Source: Octopus sinensis
Lineage: Eukaryota
DNA: 64,000 nt
Direction of reading: 5' to 3'
Assembly (NCBI RefSeq): GCF_006345805.1
Contig: NC_043023.1
Location: forward strand, 1,612,001 to 1,676,000
The notes under the pieces are model-generated. The model saw only the letters and a list, made by a program, of their open reading frames with translations. It did not search any database and was not told the DNA's origin. The position numbers and the translations under genes were made by a program. Positions 40,151 through 54,664 of this stretch are shown in pieces (the first letter of the stretch is position 1; each line of letters opens with the position of its first letter).

Positions 40151-40599
40151 TTCATATATACTGATGTGGGGTTGTGTGGGTGAAAAAGCAAAAGAGTGAT
40201 GTATATGTACATATACACCAAATACACCCGGGCATTTGTGTGTGGGTGTATGTGCGCGGATGTATCAGTTGCCTCAATGTTGTACAAAAAGCCGGAAAAG
40301 TGCTTCATCCAAACACTATATCAGTTACACCAGTCATGTGTTTATTCATGTGTAAAGCAAAACAGGGAACAGACACACACACACACACATGCATGGCACT
40401 CACACACACGCATGGCACTCACACACATGCATGCACATGAAGCGCAGGCAAAGCGGTGTGGTTATGAAGTTAAGAAAGTTCGTTTCAGGTTCAATCCCTC
40501 TTCTGGCTCGTTAGGGAACTATTTTCTACAGTAGCCTGTGGACCTGCAAATGCTTTGTGAGGGGAAAGTAGTGGCTGTGCTGAATGAGGTTGTTATCGT

Positions 40600-40975
40600 T
40601 TCTCTTTTACTTGTTTTAGACATTAGATTGCAGCCATGCTGGGGAATTGCCTTGAACAATTTATAGCTGAATTACTCAACACCGGTACTTTTTTTAAAGC
40701 TTGGTACTTATTCTATTGATCTCTTGTTGAACCACTGTTACAGGGACATAAACACACCAACACCAATTGTGAAGTGGTGTGGAGGACAAACACAGATACA
40801 AAGTCTCACCTACACAAACATATATATATATATATAAGCTTCTTTCAGTTTCCATCTACCAAATCCACTCACAAAGCTTTGGTCAGCCCAAGGCTCCACA
40901 CAGTGGGACTGAACCCAAAACCATGAGGTTGGGAAACTTCTTACCACATACCATGCCTGCACCTATATATGTAAA
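40600..40975 (-). mobile_element. SINE family A (diverged)
   Basis: Reverse-complement match. Confidence 0.8.
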
Positions 40976-42349
40976 TCTACGACTATCTAACTATTTATGT
41001 ATGTGTGTGAGTAAAGAAGTTCAATTCCTAACCACACGGTTTTCAGTTCAGCCATTCTGCTTGCCACTTTCGGTATCTTCTACTATAATCCCAGGAAAAG
41101 AAAAACCTCTGAAAGTGGATTTGGTAAACAAAAACTGAAATGTGTGTTTGTGTGTGTGTATATATAATGAAAATCTGTAGTAGAAGATATGAATTCAGAG
41201 AATCACATAGCTATCACAGTAAGCTCATTTTAAAGAGTCTGCTAACAGTCCACACAGTAATCCAATGAAGAGAATTATAATGCAGAGTGCCCATGCAGCA
41301 AAAATCTAGAAGATCCGATCAATAAAATTATTTAATGAGGAATATATAAACCAAAAAATCAGGAAGTTTGAAAGGTGAATATTTTTATTTAAGCATTTAA
41401 CATCCTTTGGATTATGTCTAATCTAATACTACCACACCTAGATAACTGCATCTATATAACTGCAATACACCTACTGCAAATAATAGACACATTGATGTAC
41501 TTGATTCCAATAATTGAGCTATTAATGATAGTTGAGTTGAACCTGTCATACCTACCAATAATGAAACTAACCTTGCTGTATGTAACTTTTGTAATAAATC
41601 ACTGTGTCCAATTAATAAGCAATGCCTTATGAAAACTACAGTGTATAAGAGCTGTATCTCTGCGTTTACATTGGTGTTTATTACCAAGCTGCTAGGTTAT
41701 GGAGACAAACAAACCAACATTGGTTGTGAAGCAATGGTAGAGAACAAATACAAAGGTACACAGCTAGAAAGTTAGATAGATAGATACATAAATACATACA
41801 TACATACATATATGCATACATACATGCATACATATACAGGGTGGGTTGAATAAACTGTTGTTTAAATTACACAAAAATGAAAATAACACTGACAAGGAGT
41901 TGGTAAATGCACATCTACTTAATTATTATTCATTAATTTTCTTGAACAAGCCTGGGGGTTGATGAGGGGTCTAGGATTTCATGAAGAGGTTGATGGTCTA
42001 AAAAGTTTGGGGACCCCTGTTCTAGGTGCTGGAGGTAGCAGGGATTTATCTCTCCACTAGCAATATAAACAGGAGTAAGTTTTGCACCTGAAGCCAATAG
42101 GTGAGTTTCTCTCGTGGCATCTACCACAGTATAGCTTGTTCTAATAGAACATCCATGTTTAAGGAGGGATAAATATTACCTCTCAGTATTAATAATACTT
42201 CTCTCGTTAATCAATACACATATATGTAAAGGGGAGAGAGAGAGAAAGAAAGAGACAGAGAAAGAGAGAGAGAGAGAGAAAGAAAGAGAGGAGTATCAAT
42301 CAGAGACAGTAGGGGGAATGCATTCTTCTGCTATGTACTCTCATTACCA

Positions 42350-42548
42350 TCATCAGCGAGCTGGCAGAATCGTTAGCATGCCTTCTGAGTTCAAATTCCG
42401 CCAAGGTCGACTTTGCCTTTCATCCTTTCGAGGTCGATTAAATAAGTACTAGTTGCGCACTGGGGTCGATGTTATCGACTGAAACCCTTTGTCTGTCCTT
42501 GTTTGTCCCCCTCTATGTTTAGCCCCTTGTGGGCAATAAAGAAATAAA
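42350..42548 (+). mobile_element. SINE family B
   Basis: agcgagctggcagaatcgttagc...ttctgagttcaaattccgccaaggtcgactttgcc...gggcaataaagaaata. Confidence 0.88.
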
Positions 42549-43318
42549 TCATCACCATAAATACTGTAAATGCCACCATCACCACCACCGCTACCACCAA
42601 CATCACACTCACACACAATCACCATCATCACCACTATCACCACCACCACATCACCTCCACCATCACCATCATCACTACCACCACCATCACCACTACCACC
42701 ACCATTAAGACTAACACCACCACTGCCACCACTACCATTACGATTAACACCACCACTGCCACCACCACCATCAATCACATTCTCATATAAGCACTACCAC
42801 CACCACCATGACCACCACCACCACACTCATACACAGCTGTTGCCACCGTTACTGCCACTACTGCGGCCAGCGCTAGCACCACCACCATTACCACCACTGC
42901 CACCATCTCACTCTCACCCATACACCACCATGCCCCAGAATGGCCGCAACCCAAACACGGACACGAGTGAAAGACAACAGTTAAATAAAAGACAAAACCA
43001 GCAAATAACCGAAGCAGCAACAATCACCAAAATCTCCACAAACGGAACCACAATCCTGGTTTACTCCAAGATAATCTGGCATAAATAATGGCGTTGGTAG
43101 CGTACTAAACACACGCAATTTGGTATGTCGTACCAATTTAGGCTTAAACACACAAGTAGCTTCGGTCAATTAATTCATCGATATTTTTGCTTTAACGAGT
43201 GGACAGATAAGTGTAATTAAATGACCGACGTGTTCACTGGAATGTGAGAATTGGCCACATCAATCATTCCTGCGACTGATTCCTTTGACCATTTCCGTCT
43301 TTTTTTTTTGTGTATGCA

Positions 43319-43380
<62 letters not shown>

Positions 43381-43539
43381 TGTGTATATATATATACACA
43401 CACATACACACACATACAGATATTCGAATATATATGTATAGATATATGAATTTGCATTTATATATATATACATATACACATACACACTGATATGTATATC
43501 TGTATCAGTGTGTATGTATGTGTGTATATATATATATAT

Positions 43540-45607
43540 ATATAATAAATATTAGGGAATAAATCCAAATTTACAGGGAAAAAATCAGATTTAGGATTAA
43601 ATCCAATTTTATAGTAAAATATTATAAAATATTATTAGAGACAAAACCACTATTTTGCAAAACAAACAAGGAAAGACTTAATCAATACATAAAATTTTAA
43701 TAAATAGTCAAAAAAACCGCCACTACAATTGTTTCTTGTCTTGATCGACAATCTTCAGGTGGACTTCCAATCTAAAATATCAATATTTTAAAATATAAAA
43801 ATAATAATTTTAAAATAATTAAAGTATGAATGAAAAAATATAAATATATAATCCATATATAATCAATATATAAACAATATATAAACTAAAATAAACCTAT
43901 CAACAATTAAATATAAAATATAAAATATAAAATATAAAATATAAAACAAAACAAAAAATAATAATAATATAATAATAAACTATATATACACCCATACACA
44001 TATACCTAATTATATATAACCATATCTAACTACATACACTAAATCACACACCTATATATATATCCCTATACATACACATAAAAACGTCTAGGCAACTATA
44101 AATAAATAAAATAGCTAAATACTTCAACACAATACTTATTCATACTCCCACACACACACACATACAACCCACATTCACGCTCTAGAAAACGGACATCACT
44201 TAAAATTATGAACGGAGAAATGGAATAAATGGAATTAAAAATTATATTCACTTGGTAAAACGAACACTACTTAAAAATTATGAATGAAACAATGCAATAA
44301 AACAACAGACATCGCAAATAGACACAAATTACTACGAATTCCTTAACAAACCTACCATGATAAACCAAAACTCATAAAAACATATAATGATAAAATCTCC
44401 CTTTACTAAACTCTATAACATACCTATATAGCAATCCCCCTAACCTAAACATTCACACACAAATACACACACGTAAACCACACACCCACGACATATACAA
44501 ATACCCACACCACTTACATATACCTATACATACATATAAACCTCAACATATACTCCAAAAACCCACTCAACCCCACACAGACAAATAAACACAAAAATTA
44601 TGAATGGATTCTTTTATAAAACTACCATGATAAGCTAAAACTCACAAAACATAAATGATAAAACCTCCCTTTACTAAACACTATAACATACTTATAAAGC
44701 AATCCCTTTAACCTATACATTCACACACAAATACACACACGTAACCACACACCCATAACAAATACAAACACCCACCCCACTCACACACACCCACAAGTAC
44801 ATATACGCCTCAACATATACACCAAACAAAATTACTTTACCAAGGAACTTAACATATGTATAAAAAGTATAACCGCTCTGGAAACGAACATCTTTTAAAA
44901 TAATGAATGGAGAAATGGAATAAATGGAATTAAAAATAATATTCACGTGGCAAAACGAACACCACTCAAAAATTATGAATGAAACAATGTAATAAAACAA
45001 CCAACATCGAAAATAGACAAATTACCACGAATTCCCTAAAAAAAACCATGATAAACCAAAACTCTTAAAAACATATAACGATAAAATCTCCCTTTGCTAA
45101 ACTCTATAACAAACCTATATAGCAATCCCCCTAACCTAAACATTCACACACAAAAAACACACACGTAAACCACAGACCCACGACTTATACACATACCTAT
45201 ACTAACTTATAAACCTCAATATACACCAAAAACCCACTCCCTCCCCACACAGACAAATTAACACATACATCCCAAAACCTAAATAACAAACCCATATACA
45301 CATTCACACACAAACACACACACACGCAAAACACACACACAACAGATACATATACTCCCTCACATATACGCATATACATACTCACTAACTCGATATATAC
45401 AACAATATTTACACACCCACACTCATACAGATAAATAAATTATACAACTAAAAACTCACACACAATCTCATATACATAAACACTCCAATAAAAAACAACA
45501 TTAAATACATCGTAATTAACCAGAATATCAAAAATAACAATATGACATAAGGAGAAATAAAATACATACTTACAAGTCAGTTTCAAATTATGAAGTGAAA
45601 ATATTTT

Positions 45608-45640
<33 letters not shown>
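43540..45640 (-). mobile_element. ORF-less AT-rich element, probably Penelope-like/retrozyme-like, with internal ~420-bp direct repeats
   Basis: Carries a hammerhead motif near its 3' end; strong A/C versus T/G strand bias; direct repeats 44165-44600 and 44870-45270; embedded in (TA)n; class assignment inferred. Confidence 0.55.
43720..43762 (-). ncRNA. Minimal type I hammerhead ribozyme motif
   Basis: Minus strand CCAC CUGAAGA UUGUC GAUCAA GACAA GAAA CAAUUG UA GUGG: intact CUGANGA/GAAA/UH core; stem I CCAC:GUGG, stem II UUGUC:GACAA, palindromic stem III ACAAUUGU. Confidence 0.8.
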
Positions 45641-45653
<13 letters not shown>

Positions 45654-45849
45654 TACACACAGATACAGATATACATATCAGTGTCTATGTGTATATGTAT
45701 ATGTATATATATATATAAATGCAAATTCATATATCTATACATATATATTCGAATATCTATGTATGTAAATATAGCCGTGTGTGTGTCTGTGTGTCTGTGC
45801 ATGTATATGTATATAGATAAACACATACATACAAATAAATGGATGGATG

Positions 45850-46034
45850 GATGGATGGATAGACAGATAGATAGATAAATAGGTAGGTAGGTAGGTAGGT
45901 AGAAATAAATAGATGGCGAGATGAATAGATAGATAGATAGAGAGATAGATAGAGAGATAGATAGATAAATAAGTTGGTAGGCAGGTAGGTAGGGAGGTAG
46001 GTAGGTAGAAAGAGATAGATAGATAGATGGATAG

Positions 46035-46083
<49 letters not shown>

Positions 46084-46247
46084 TAGATAGATAGATAGAT
46101 AGATAGATTAGTAGATGGATAGAGATAGATAGATACATAGATAGATAGACGGATAGTAGATGGATAGATAGATAAATATAGACAGATAGATAGATAGATA
46201 GATAGATGGATAGAGATAGATAGATACATAGATAGATAGACGGATAG

Positions 46248-46287
<40 letters not shown>

Positions 46288-46375
46288 GGATAGAGATAGA
46301 TAGATAGATACATAGATAGATAGACGGATAGAGATAGGTAGATAGATAGATGGATAGATAGATAGATAGATAGAT
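45850..46375. repeat. (GATA)n microsatellite
   Basis: Direct inspection. Confidence 0.95.
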
Positions 46376-46384
46376 ACTGTACAT

Positions 46385-46700
46385 TACAAAATATAGTCTT
46401 AGATACACTATGTCTAATAGATGGGATTCTCACAGCTAGAACATTTTTGATCATAGGGCTGCTGTATCATGACTGGCCTAGGGCTAAAAAATCTATAGCC
46501 ATTAATACTATCTAATATAGTATACATTAGATAATGTAGTCCTAGATACACAATGTCTGAATAAAAAATGGGATGGTCACAGATGGAACATTACTGATCA
46601 TAAGACTACAGGATCATGACTGACCTGAGGCTAAACAACAATTATACCCGCTGATATTATCTAGTATATTGCACATTGGATAATGTAGTCCTAGATACAC
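46385..46700 (+). repeat. ~145-bp unit repeat (gtagtcctagatacact...gggctaaacaac), ~2.2 copies
   Basis: Anchors at ~46395, 46538 and 46687; same unit as 56740-57870. Confidence 0.8.
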
Positions 46701-46704
46701 TCTC

Positions 46705-47110
46705 TCTCTTTCACTCTTTTACTTGTTTCAGTCATTTGACTGCAGCCATGCTGGAGCACCGCCTTTAATCGAGCAACTCGACCCTGGGACTTATTCTTTT
46801 TGTAAGCCCAGTACTTATTCTATCGGTCTCTTTTGCCGAACCACTAAGTATCGGGGACACAAACACACCAGCATCGGTTGTCAAGCAATGCTAGGGGGAC
46901 AAACACAGACACACAAACACACACATATATACATATACATATATACGACGGGCTTCTTTTCAGTTTCCACCTACCAAATCCACTCACAAGGCTTTGGTCA
47001 GCCGAGGCTATAGCAGAAGACACTTGCCCAAGATGCCACGCAGTGGGACTGAACCCGGAACCATGTGGTTGGTAAGCAAGCTACTTACCACACAGCCACT
47101 CCTGCGCCTA
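46705..47110 (-). mobile_element. SINE family A, full length
   Basis: Reverse-complement match. Confidence 0.9.
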
Positions 47111-47509
47111 TGTATGATTACAAAACAGAATGGCCACAGCTGAAGTAACTTTGATCATAGGTCAGCTGGATCAGTGCAGACCAAGGGCTAAACAGCAACT
47201 GCTCCGGAAGTAACACCAACCCTACATACAAACACCATTACTAACACCCGACTTTGTCAAAACTCCAGAACTATTGTTAAAATTAAAAAGAGGAGGAGGG
47301 TGAACATGAGGTCATCGGAAACATTTTTTCATCATTTCAAATATAAAAGCGACCCCACATCCCTGCCCACACCCCATTCCACCACCCTAACACATTGTCG
47401 GGTATTCAACTTGCAGGTTTGCAGACTTCAGAGACCAGAGGATGACACATGGCGCCAGGTTCAATAGCCAATATGATTCACAGCTGGGTTAAACGAGAAG
47501 GAGCCGTAC

Positions 47510-47965
47510 ATGGTAGCTAGACCTGCTAGAAATATCAGCTAAATACTCCTTTAATTCCACCCCATTGTCTTATGTATGCATGTATATATGTATGAGCCAA
47601 TGACTGAGGTCTCTAAATGGTAGCTAGAATTGACAGAAATAGCAGCCAAATTTCCCTGAAATCACACCCAACTTTCTGATGTATATATGTATGTATGGGC
47701 CAATGAAGGACACCAAACCTGCTAGAAATAACAACCAAATCTCCTTCAAATCACACCCCCAGTCTTATGTATGTTTATATGTGTATATTATTTAATGAGA
47801 GAGATCTTTACATGCTAGCCAGACCTGTTGGAAACAGCAACCAAATCTCCCTCAGATCACACCCTACTGTCTTATGTATGTATATATGTATGTAAGTATG
47901 AAGCAATGACAGAGACTACTACATGGCAGCTAGACCTGGTAGAAATAGCAGCCAAATCTCCCTCA
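47510..47965 (+). repeat. Degenerate ~100-120-bp tandem (gctagacctgctagaaatagcagccaaatctccctc...tatgtatg), ~5 copies
   Basis: Motif recurs at ~47518, 47625, 47718, 47820 and 47930. Confidence 0.75.
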
Positions 47966-48721
47966 GGGGAGAATTTTGACCACATGAATCCAAAAGATAG
48001 CAACAACAACAACAGTGGGCAACGGACTAGCGGTCGTAAGAACGTGGTTTTGATTCCTAGACCGGGCATTGTGAGTGTTTATTGAACAAAAACACCTATA
48101 CTCCACGAGGCTCCAGCAGGGGTGGGTGGGTTTTGAACTCCGCTGTACTCTTTCACCACAACTTTCTCTCACTCTTTCTTCCTACTTCTACCACAAAGCA
48201 GAGGAACCATGGTGTAACCCCCTATGGTGTGGTAAACTTTCAGACCCTAGTCTAGATTGCGAATCCTCTGTACCCCAGGATGGTTCAGCTCTCCACCCGT
48301 TAAAAGCCACCATTTACGGAATGAGGATAACAACATAGCTTTCGCACCCGTGCAATCGCCAGTCTATCGCGTGTGGTGGGCGGATCTTCAAGTTGCCACA
48401 CTCATTTTTAGTAGCTTAGAGTAGGCTCAAATTAGAGATTATTCTTTGTGGTTAATGGCGCGAGTCCTGATCGGAATAAGAAGAAGACGACAACAACAAA
48501 AGTAACCAATAAGAGAATGAATGGTAAACAGCAACTCAATCCATTAAAAACAACAGCCAAATAAGGACAAATACAGATACATTCCATAGAATGGAACATA
48601 GAATATCAGAATTAGGGACTGCAGATTTTGGTAATTATGGAATTAAATGCATTACGATGGCTAAAGAATATTGTCACAGTTCCTAAACAATGGATATATA
48701 TATATTTATATTTTATATTTA

Positions 48722-49107
48722 TTTATTTCAGGCATTTGACTGTGGCCATGCTGGGGCACTACCTTGAAGAATTTTAAGCTGCATGGATCAGCCCCATTAC
48801 TTCTTATCATTTGAAGCCCAGTACTTCTATCAGTCTCTTTTGCCAAAATCCTAAGTTACGAGAACATAAATATATCAACTGTCAAGTGATGGGGGAGGGG
48901 GGACAAACACAGACACAAAGACACACAAATATATATATGTATATACGACAGTATTCTTTCAGCTTCCATCTACCAAATCCACTCACAAGGCTTTGGTCGG
49001 CCTGGGGCTATAGCAGAAGACGCTTGCCCAAGGTGCCATGTAGTGGGACTGAACCCAGAACCATGCAGTTGGGAAGCAAGCTTCTTACCACGCAGCCACT
49101 CCTGCAT
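48722..49107 (-). mobile_element. SINE family A
   Basis: Reverse-complement match. Confidence 0.85.
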
Positions 49108-49454
49108 CTATATGTTCTTTTATTCTTTTACTTGTTTCAGTCATGGCCACACTCATAGGAAAGAAGGGTTTTATGGGCAAAACCCAGAGGCAAAACCACT
49201 TGGTCAAAACTTAGTTTTCACGGGCAAAACCTAGTTTTTATGGGCAAAACCTAGTTTTATGGGCAAAAGATGGGTTTTATGGGTAAAACCTAATGGCAGA
49301 AGAGTCAGCGGGGTCGACCACATGCAACATGGATGGCTGACATCCATGAGCTTGGTTGATCGCATTGATCAGAATATAAATGCACAAAATGCTTTTTGGC
49401 ATTTTGTGCATTGTGCTAACAATTCTGTCAGCTCACCATGCCAGTAATAACAAT

Positions 49455-50074
49455 AATCCTTTCTACTAACGGCACAAGGCCTGACATTTTGGGGGAGGGG
49501 GCTAGTTGATTAAATCAACTGGGGTTTCTTATTTTATCAACCCTCAAAGGATGAAAGGTAAAGTCAACCTAAGACGAATTTGAACTCAGAACGGAAAGAC
49601 AGATGAAATGCTGCTAAGCATTTTGCCCAGCATTCTAACGATTCTGCCAGCTCACTGCCATTTTAGGGGATGGGATAAGACAATTATATCAACCCTCATA
49701 CTCAACTGGTCTTTATGTTACCAACCCTGAAAGGATGAAAGGCAAGGTTGGCTTTGGCAGGATTTGAACTCAGAATGGAAATGGACAAAATGCTTCATGG
49801 CATTTTCTCCAGCCTGCTAACAAATCTGCCAGCTCACCATCTTAATAGTAATAATCCTTTCTACTACAGGCACAAGGTCTCAAAATTGTGGGGAGGGGAC
49901 TAGTCAATTCCATCGACCCCAGTACACAACTGGTACTTAATTTATTGACCCCCAAAAGGGTAAAAGGCAAAGTCGACTGTGGCAGAATTTGAACTCAAAA
50001 CATAGTGACAGGCAAAGTACCACTAAGTATTTCATTCAGCATGCTAACGACTCTGCCTGCTCATCACCTTCTTG

Positions 50075-50123
<49 letters not shown>

Positions 50124-50735
50124 TGATGATGATGATGATGATGATAATGCCATCTATGAAAGGCACCAATGCCTGAAATTTTGGGTGAGGAAACTACTTG
50201 ATTACATTAACCCCAGTGTTGAAATGGTACTTACTTTAGCAACCCTAGAAAGATGAACGGCAAAGTCCACCTCGGTGAAAGTTGAACTCAGAACATATCT
50301 ATCTATCTATCTATCTATCTATTTTTCTATCTATCCATCCATCCATCTATCTATCTATCTATCAAAATCTGCCAGCTCACCATATTAATAATAATGATCC
50401 TTTCTACTATAGGCACAAGGTCTCATATTTGTGGGGAGGGGGACAAACACAGACACAAAGACACACAAAAATTTATATGTATATATGACAGGATTCTTTC
50501 AGTTTCCATCTACCAAATCCACTCACAAGGCTTTGGTCCACTCACAAGGCTTGAGGCTATAGGAGAAGACACTTGCCCAAGATGCCATGTACGCAACTGC
50601 TACTTAATTTATTGACCCTGAAAGGATGAAATGCAAAGTTGACCTCGGTGGAATTTGAACTCAGAACATAAAGACAGACAAAAGGACACTAAGCATTCTA
50701 CCCGGTGTGCTAACGATTATGCCAACTCACTGCTT
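49455..50735 (-). mobile_element. Cluster of ~5 tandem SINE B copies/fragments with a nested SINE A fragment
   Basis: Repeated ...aaaggcaaagtcgac...gaatttgaactcagaac...ctaacgattctgccagctc blocks. Confidence 0.75.
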
Positions 50736-51079
50736 AAAAAATAATAACAATAACAATAACGATGATGATGATGATGATGATGGTGGTGGTAAAAATTAAT
50801 AACCACAACAGCAATAAAGAAGTGTAAAGATCAGAAAGCAGACTACAAGAATCCAATAACAGCAAACAATGTGTTCTTTGCTGTGCAACAAAACTGCAGC
50901 TCGGCACAAGAAAGAGAGAACAGGGATGGAGGGAAAAGAGGGGGGAAGTGAGTGCTGGCAAGGGTGGGGATGGGATGGGATGGAGTGGGGTGTGGTAAAA
51001 TGCAAGGACGCAGCTGGTCGAGGTTGCATCACTAATTAACAAGCAGCGACCAAATGACATGGTAGGGGTAGGGCAGTGA

Positions 51080-51600
51080 TGGTTCTGGTGGTGGTGGTGG
51101 AGGTGGTGGTCGTCATGATGGTCGTGGTGGCGAGTGGTGGTGGTGGTGATGATGATGATTATGGTGGCGAGTGGTGGTTGTGATGATGACGATGGTTGTG
51201 ATGATGGTGGTGGTGGTGGTGAGTGGTGGTGGTGGTGAGTGGTGGTGGTGGTGAGTGGTGGTGGTGGTGGTTGTGATGATGCCGATGGTGGTGGTGGTGA
51301 TGATGATGACGATGGTCATCATGATGGTGGTGGCGAGTGGTGTTGGTGGTTGTGATGATGCCGATGGTCGTCATGATGATGATGGTGGTGGTGGTGGTGA
51401 TGGTTGTGATGATGCCGATGGTCGTCATGATGGTGGTGGCGAGTGGTGGTGGTGATGGTTGTGATGATGTTGATGGTCATCATGATGGTGGTGGTGGTGG
51501 TGTGGTGGCAGCGTAGTGCCGGCAGTTGGGACAATGGTAGTGATGGTAGTGGTGACGGTGGTGGCAGTGGTGTTGGCGATGATGGTGTTGGTGGCATGGA
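51080..51600. repeat. (GGT/GAT)n tract with higher-order units (gatggtcgtcatgatggtggtggcgagtggt)
   Basis: Direct inspection. Confidence 0.85.
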
Positions 51601-52065
51601 GCCCATAGTCTGGGTGTTGAGCAAGGAGATGCAGTGTTGACATTAGGGTAGCAGCCTTTCATCCCTTTATCTTTAGCGGCGGGTGGATCTACAAAGGGTG
51701 GGGTGTCTGTCCGTGTGGTGGTGAGTGTATGGTGATGGGTAATTGCGGAACTATGTAACAACCTTCAACACCCCACCTACCCAGGGGACCAGTTTGAAGC
51801 CTTTCCACCACTACCACCACCACGACCAATACCATCTCCACCACCGCCAGCCACCTTTGTGACTCAGTGACTCCCCGCTCACCCATGTCTCCGTCAAGTC
51901 ATGCTACGGGTGAATGGAGAAGTGTTTGTATGTGTGTGGGGGTGGGGTAGGGTGGGGGTCAAACACAGAAATAAGGAATATATAAATGAAAAAAATATAC
52001 ATATATCTAAAAACAATTAGTCAAAAAAATACTCTCACATGACACATGCACAAAACTTACACCTA

Positions 52066-52103
<38 letters not shown>

Positions 52104-54014
52104 TACCTATGCATACATATATATTCATATATATGAATGCATACATACGTATGTACACACACATACAGGCACACACCATGCAGACAACTCAGTTAATTAA
52201 AATCTAACAAAATGCATATAATTAGACACAAGTATATATACACACACACATATATATGCATGTATATGGGTGTGTATATGCATGTGTCTGAATATGTGTG
52301 TGTGTGTGTTTGTGCCAGTGTATATTTATGCATGTGGCTACACATGTATATATGTATGTATATACATATATATATATACATATCTACACATGTGTACACA
52401 AAAATATATATATGTATACATATATATATAGACATATACATTTATATACATATATATATATATACATATATATACATATATATACACACACATATATATA
52501 CATATATATACACAGACATATATATACATATATATATATATATATACATATATATACACAGACATATATATACATATATATATAATATATATATATATAT
52601 ATAATACACATACATACATACGCACACATTCAATCATATGTTTGTACTTCCACGTTTGATCATGGAATATGACTTGTCAAAAGTCATAACCTTTTTTAAG
52701 TTACTGTTCATAGTTTATTTCATCATCATCATCATCATCTTCACCATCACAATCATCATCATTATCAGCAGCAGCAGAACCATTACCATCATCATTGCCA
52801 CCATCATTCACATCACCAGTCACAATTAAATCCACCACCATTGTCATGACCACCACTACCATCGTCACCACCCCACCGCCCCATCGTCATCATCTTCATC
52901 ATTAACATAAACTTCTTCACTTTCACACAACTCATCATCATCATCACCACCACCATCATCAGCACCACCATCATCCTGCCATTGTCATCTTCATCATCAT
53001 CATCATCATAACTAGCAAAATAGTTACCTTCACCATCATCATCCAGACAACCACCACCTCCACCTTCATCATCGTCATCATTTAAGGGCAGTGACTTCCA
53101 GAATTGTTAGAGTATAGTAGAGGGGGTGGGGAGAATACCTTGTGGGGGAAGGGTGTGGATTTGCCCCAGTTGTTAATGTTCTGAGTTCAAATCCACATGC
53201 AATTCTTGGCTGCCACAGGCCATTTTCTTTCTACATCCCAACAATTCTTCCAATTCTCCACCATCATCATCATCGTCACCAACATTATCTTTACCATCAT
53301 CATCATGACCATCACCACCACCACCACCATAATCACCATCACCATTATCATCACCTTCTTCACCAGTACCACCACCATCACCACTGCCATCATCAACATT
53401 ATCACCACCACCATCATCACCACTGTCACCACCACTATCGCCATCATCATCACCATCATCACCATTTTTTTAATGCCCACTTCTCCATGTCCATCTACAT
53501 CAGACAATTCTATCGACCAATAGAATAAGTACTAGGCTTACAAAGAATAAGTCCTGGGGTCGATTTGCTCGACTAAAGGCGATGCTCCAGCATGGCCAAA
53601 GTCAAATGACTGAAACAAGTAAGAGTAAAAGAGATGTTTGCAAATCCATTACGGAAGGATATCAAAGGCCAGATGCCCTTCTCTCCTGTTGACAATCCAC
53701 ATCTGTTTCCAAATAAGATAGTATTCCCACTGGTGGGACATGACTGGAAACGAACCACACTGCTGGTATGACGGTGACACTCATTTACAACTATAACATG
53801 ATATCAAGAAATCACACACACACAGACACACACACACATCTTTTACCTTTTACTTGTTTTGGTCATTGGTTAAGCAGGTTCTGGGACAAGAATGTGTGCC
53901 CCCGCCCCTACTAACCACCAGCCAAAACATTAACACTATGGACTTCACTATTTGGTCCATTCTAGAAAGTGACATTCCAAGAGTTTCCTACAAAAATATC
54001 ACCACCACTACCAC

Positions 54015-54395
54015 CTTTATTCTCTAGAAAAACGACGACGCCGTGGTGAGCTCATTCTTGCTCACAACATCATAAGCGGAAAGCGTAACCTCTCGAAAGA
54101 GCTGTTCTTCACTCCTGCTCCAGAGCGTAGGCTGCAGAGTCACTCCGAAAAGCTCAATTTGCGACGATTTCATCTCAATCGAAGGAGAGGGGCTTTCTCC
54201 GTCCGGGTTGCAGATCCGTGGAATAAGCTGCCAGACGAGATAGTGAAGATGCCAATGACCGCTTGGTTCAAAGTCTCTCTTGACCAGAAATGGCCTGAAC
54301 TCTTTGCATGAACACCCTCCCTGTACATAACTCCATGTCCCCCTACATAGCCTTGCTTTTTGCTTTTTGAGCCAAAAAATTAACTTAACTTAACA
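54015..54395 (+). mobile_element. CR1-clade LINE 3' end
   Basis: LYSLEKRRRRGELILAHNIISG...FSVRVADPWNKLPDEIV..FKVSLDQKWPELFA* followed by a short UTR and (TAACT)n tail. Confidence 0.88.
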
Positions 54396-54643
54396 CCCCC
54401 AAAGAAAGCCTTAAACACATCATGGGACCATTTAAGTCACGAAGTCATCCACGTTCGTGTGACTCTGTCCTCAGCTGTCTTTGGGTGATTGTGAAGGCTA
54501 AAGGCAGACATACTAAATGAAATATATCTTAATTTGTTACATGACCATATTCTTTTAAATCCTGAAGACCTCAGTGCTCTGAGGCCCTTTACTAAAAGTT
54601 ATGAGTAAAAACCAATCAGCAATTCTTTACCATGCACCCTGTA
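54396..54643 (+). mobile_element. Tc1-like transposon 3' remnant
   Basis: KALNTSWDHLSHEVI...CDSVLSCLWVIVKAKGRHTK* and terminal gcaccctgTA. Confidence 0.6.
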
Positions 54644-54664
54644 TCTTAACTTACCTCACCCAAA

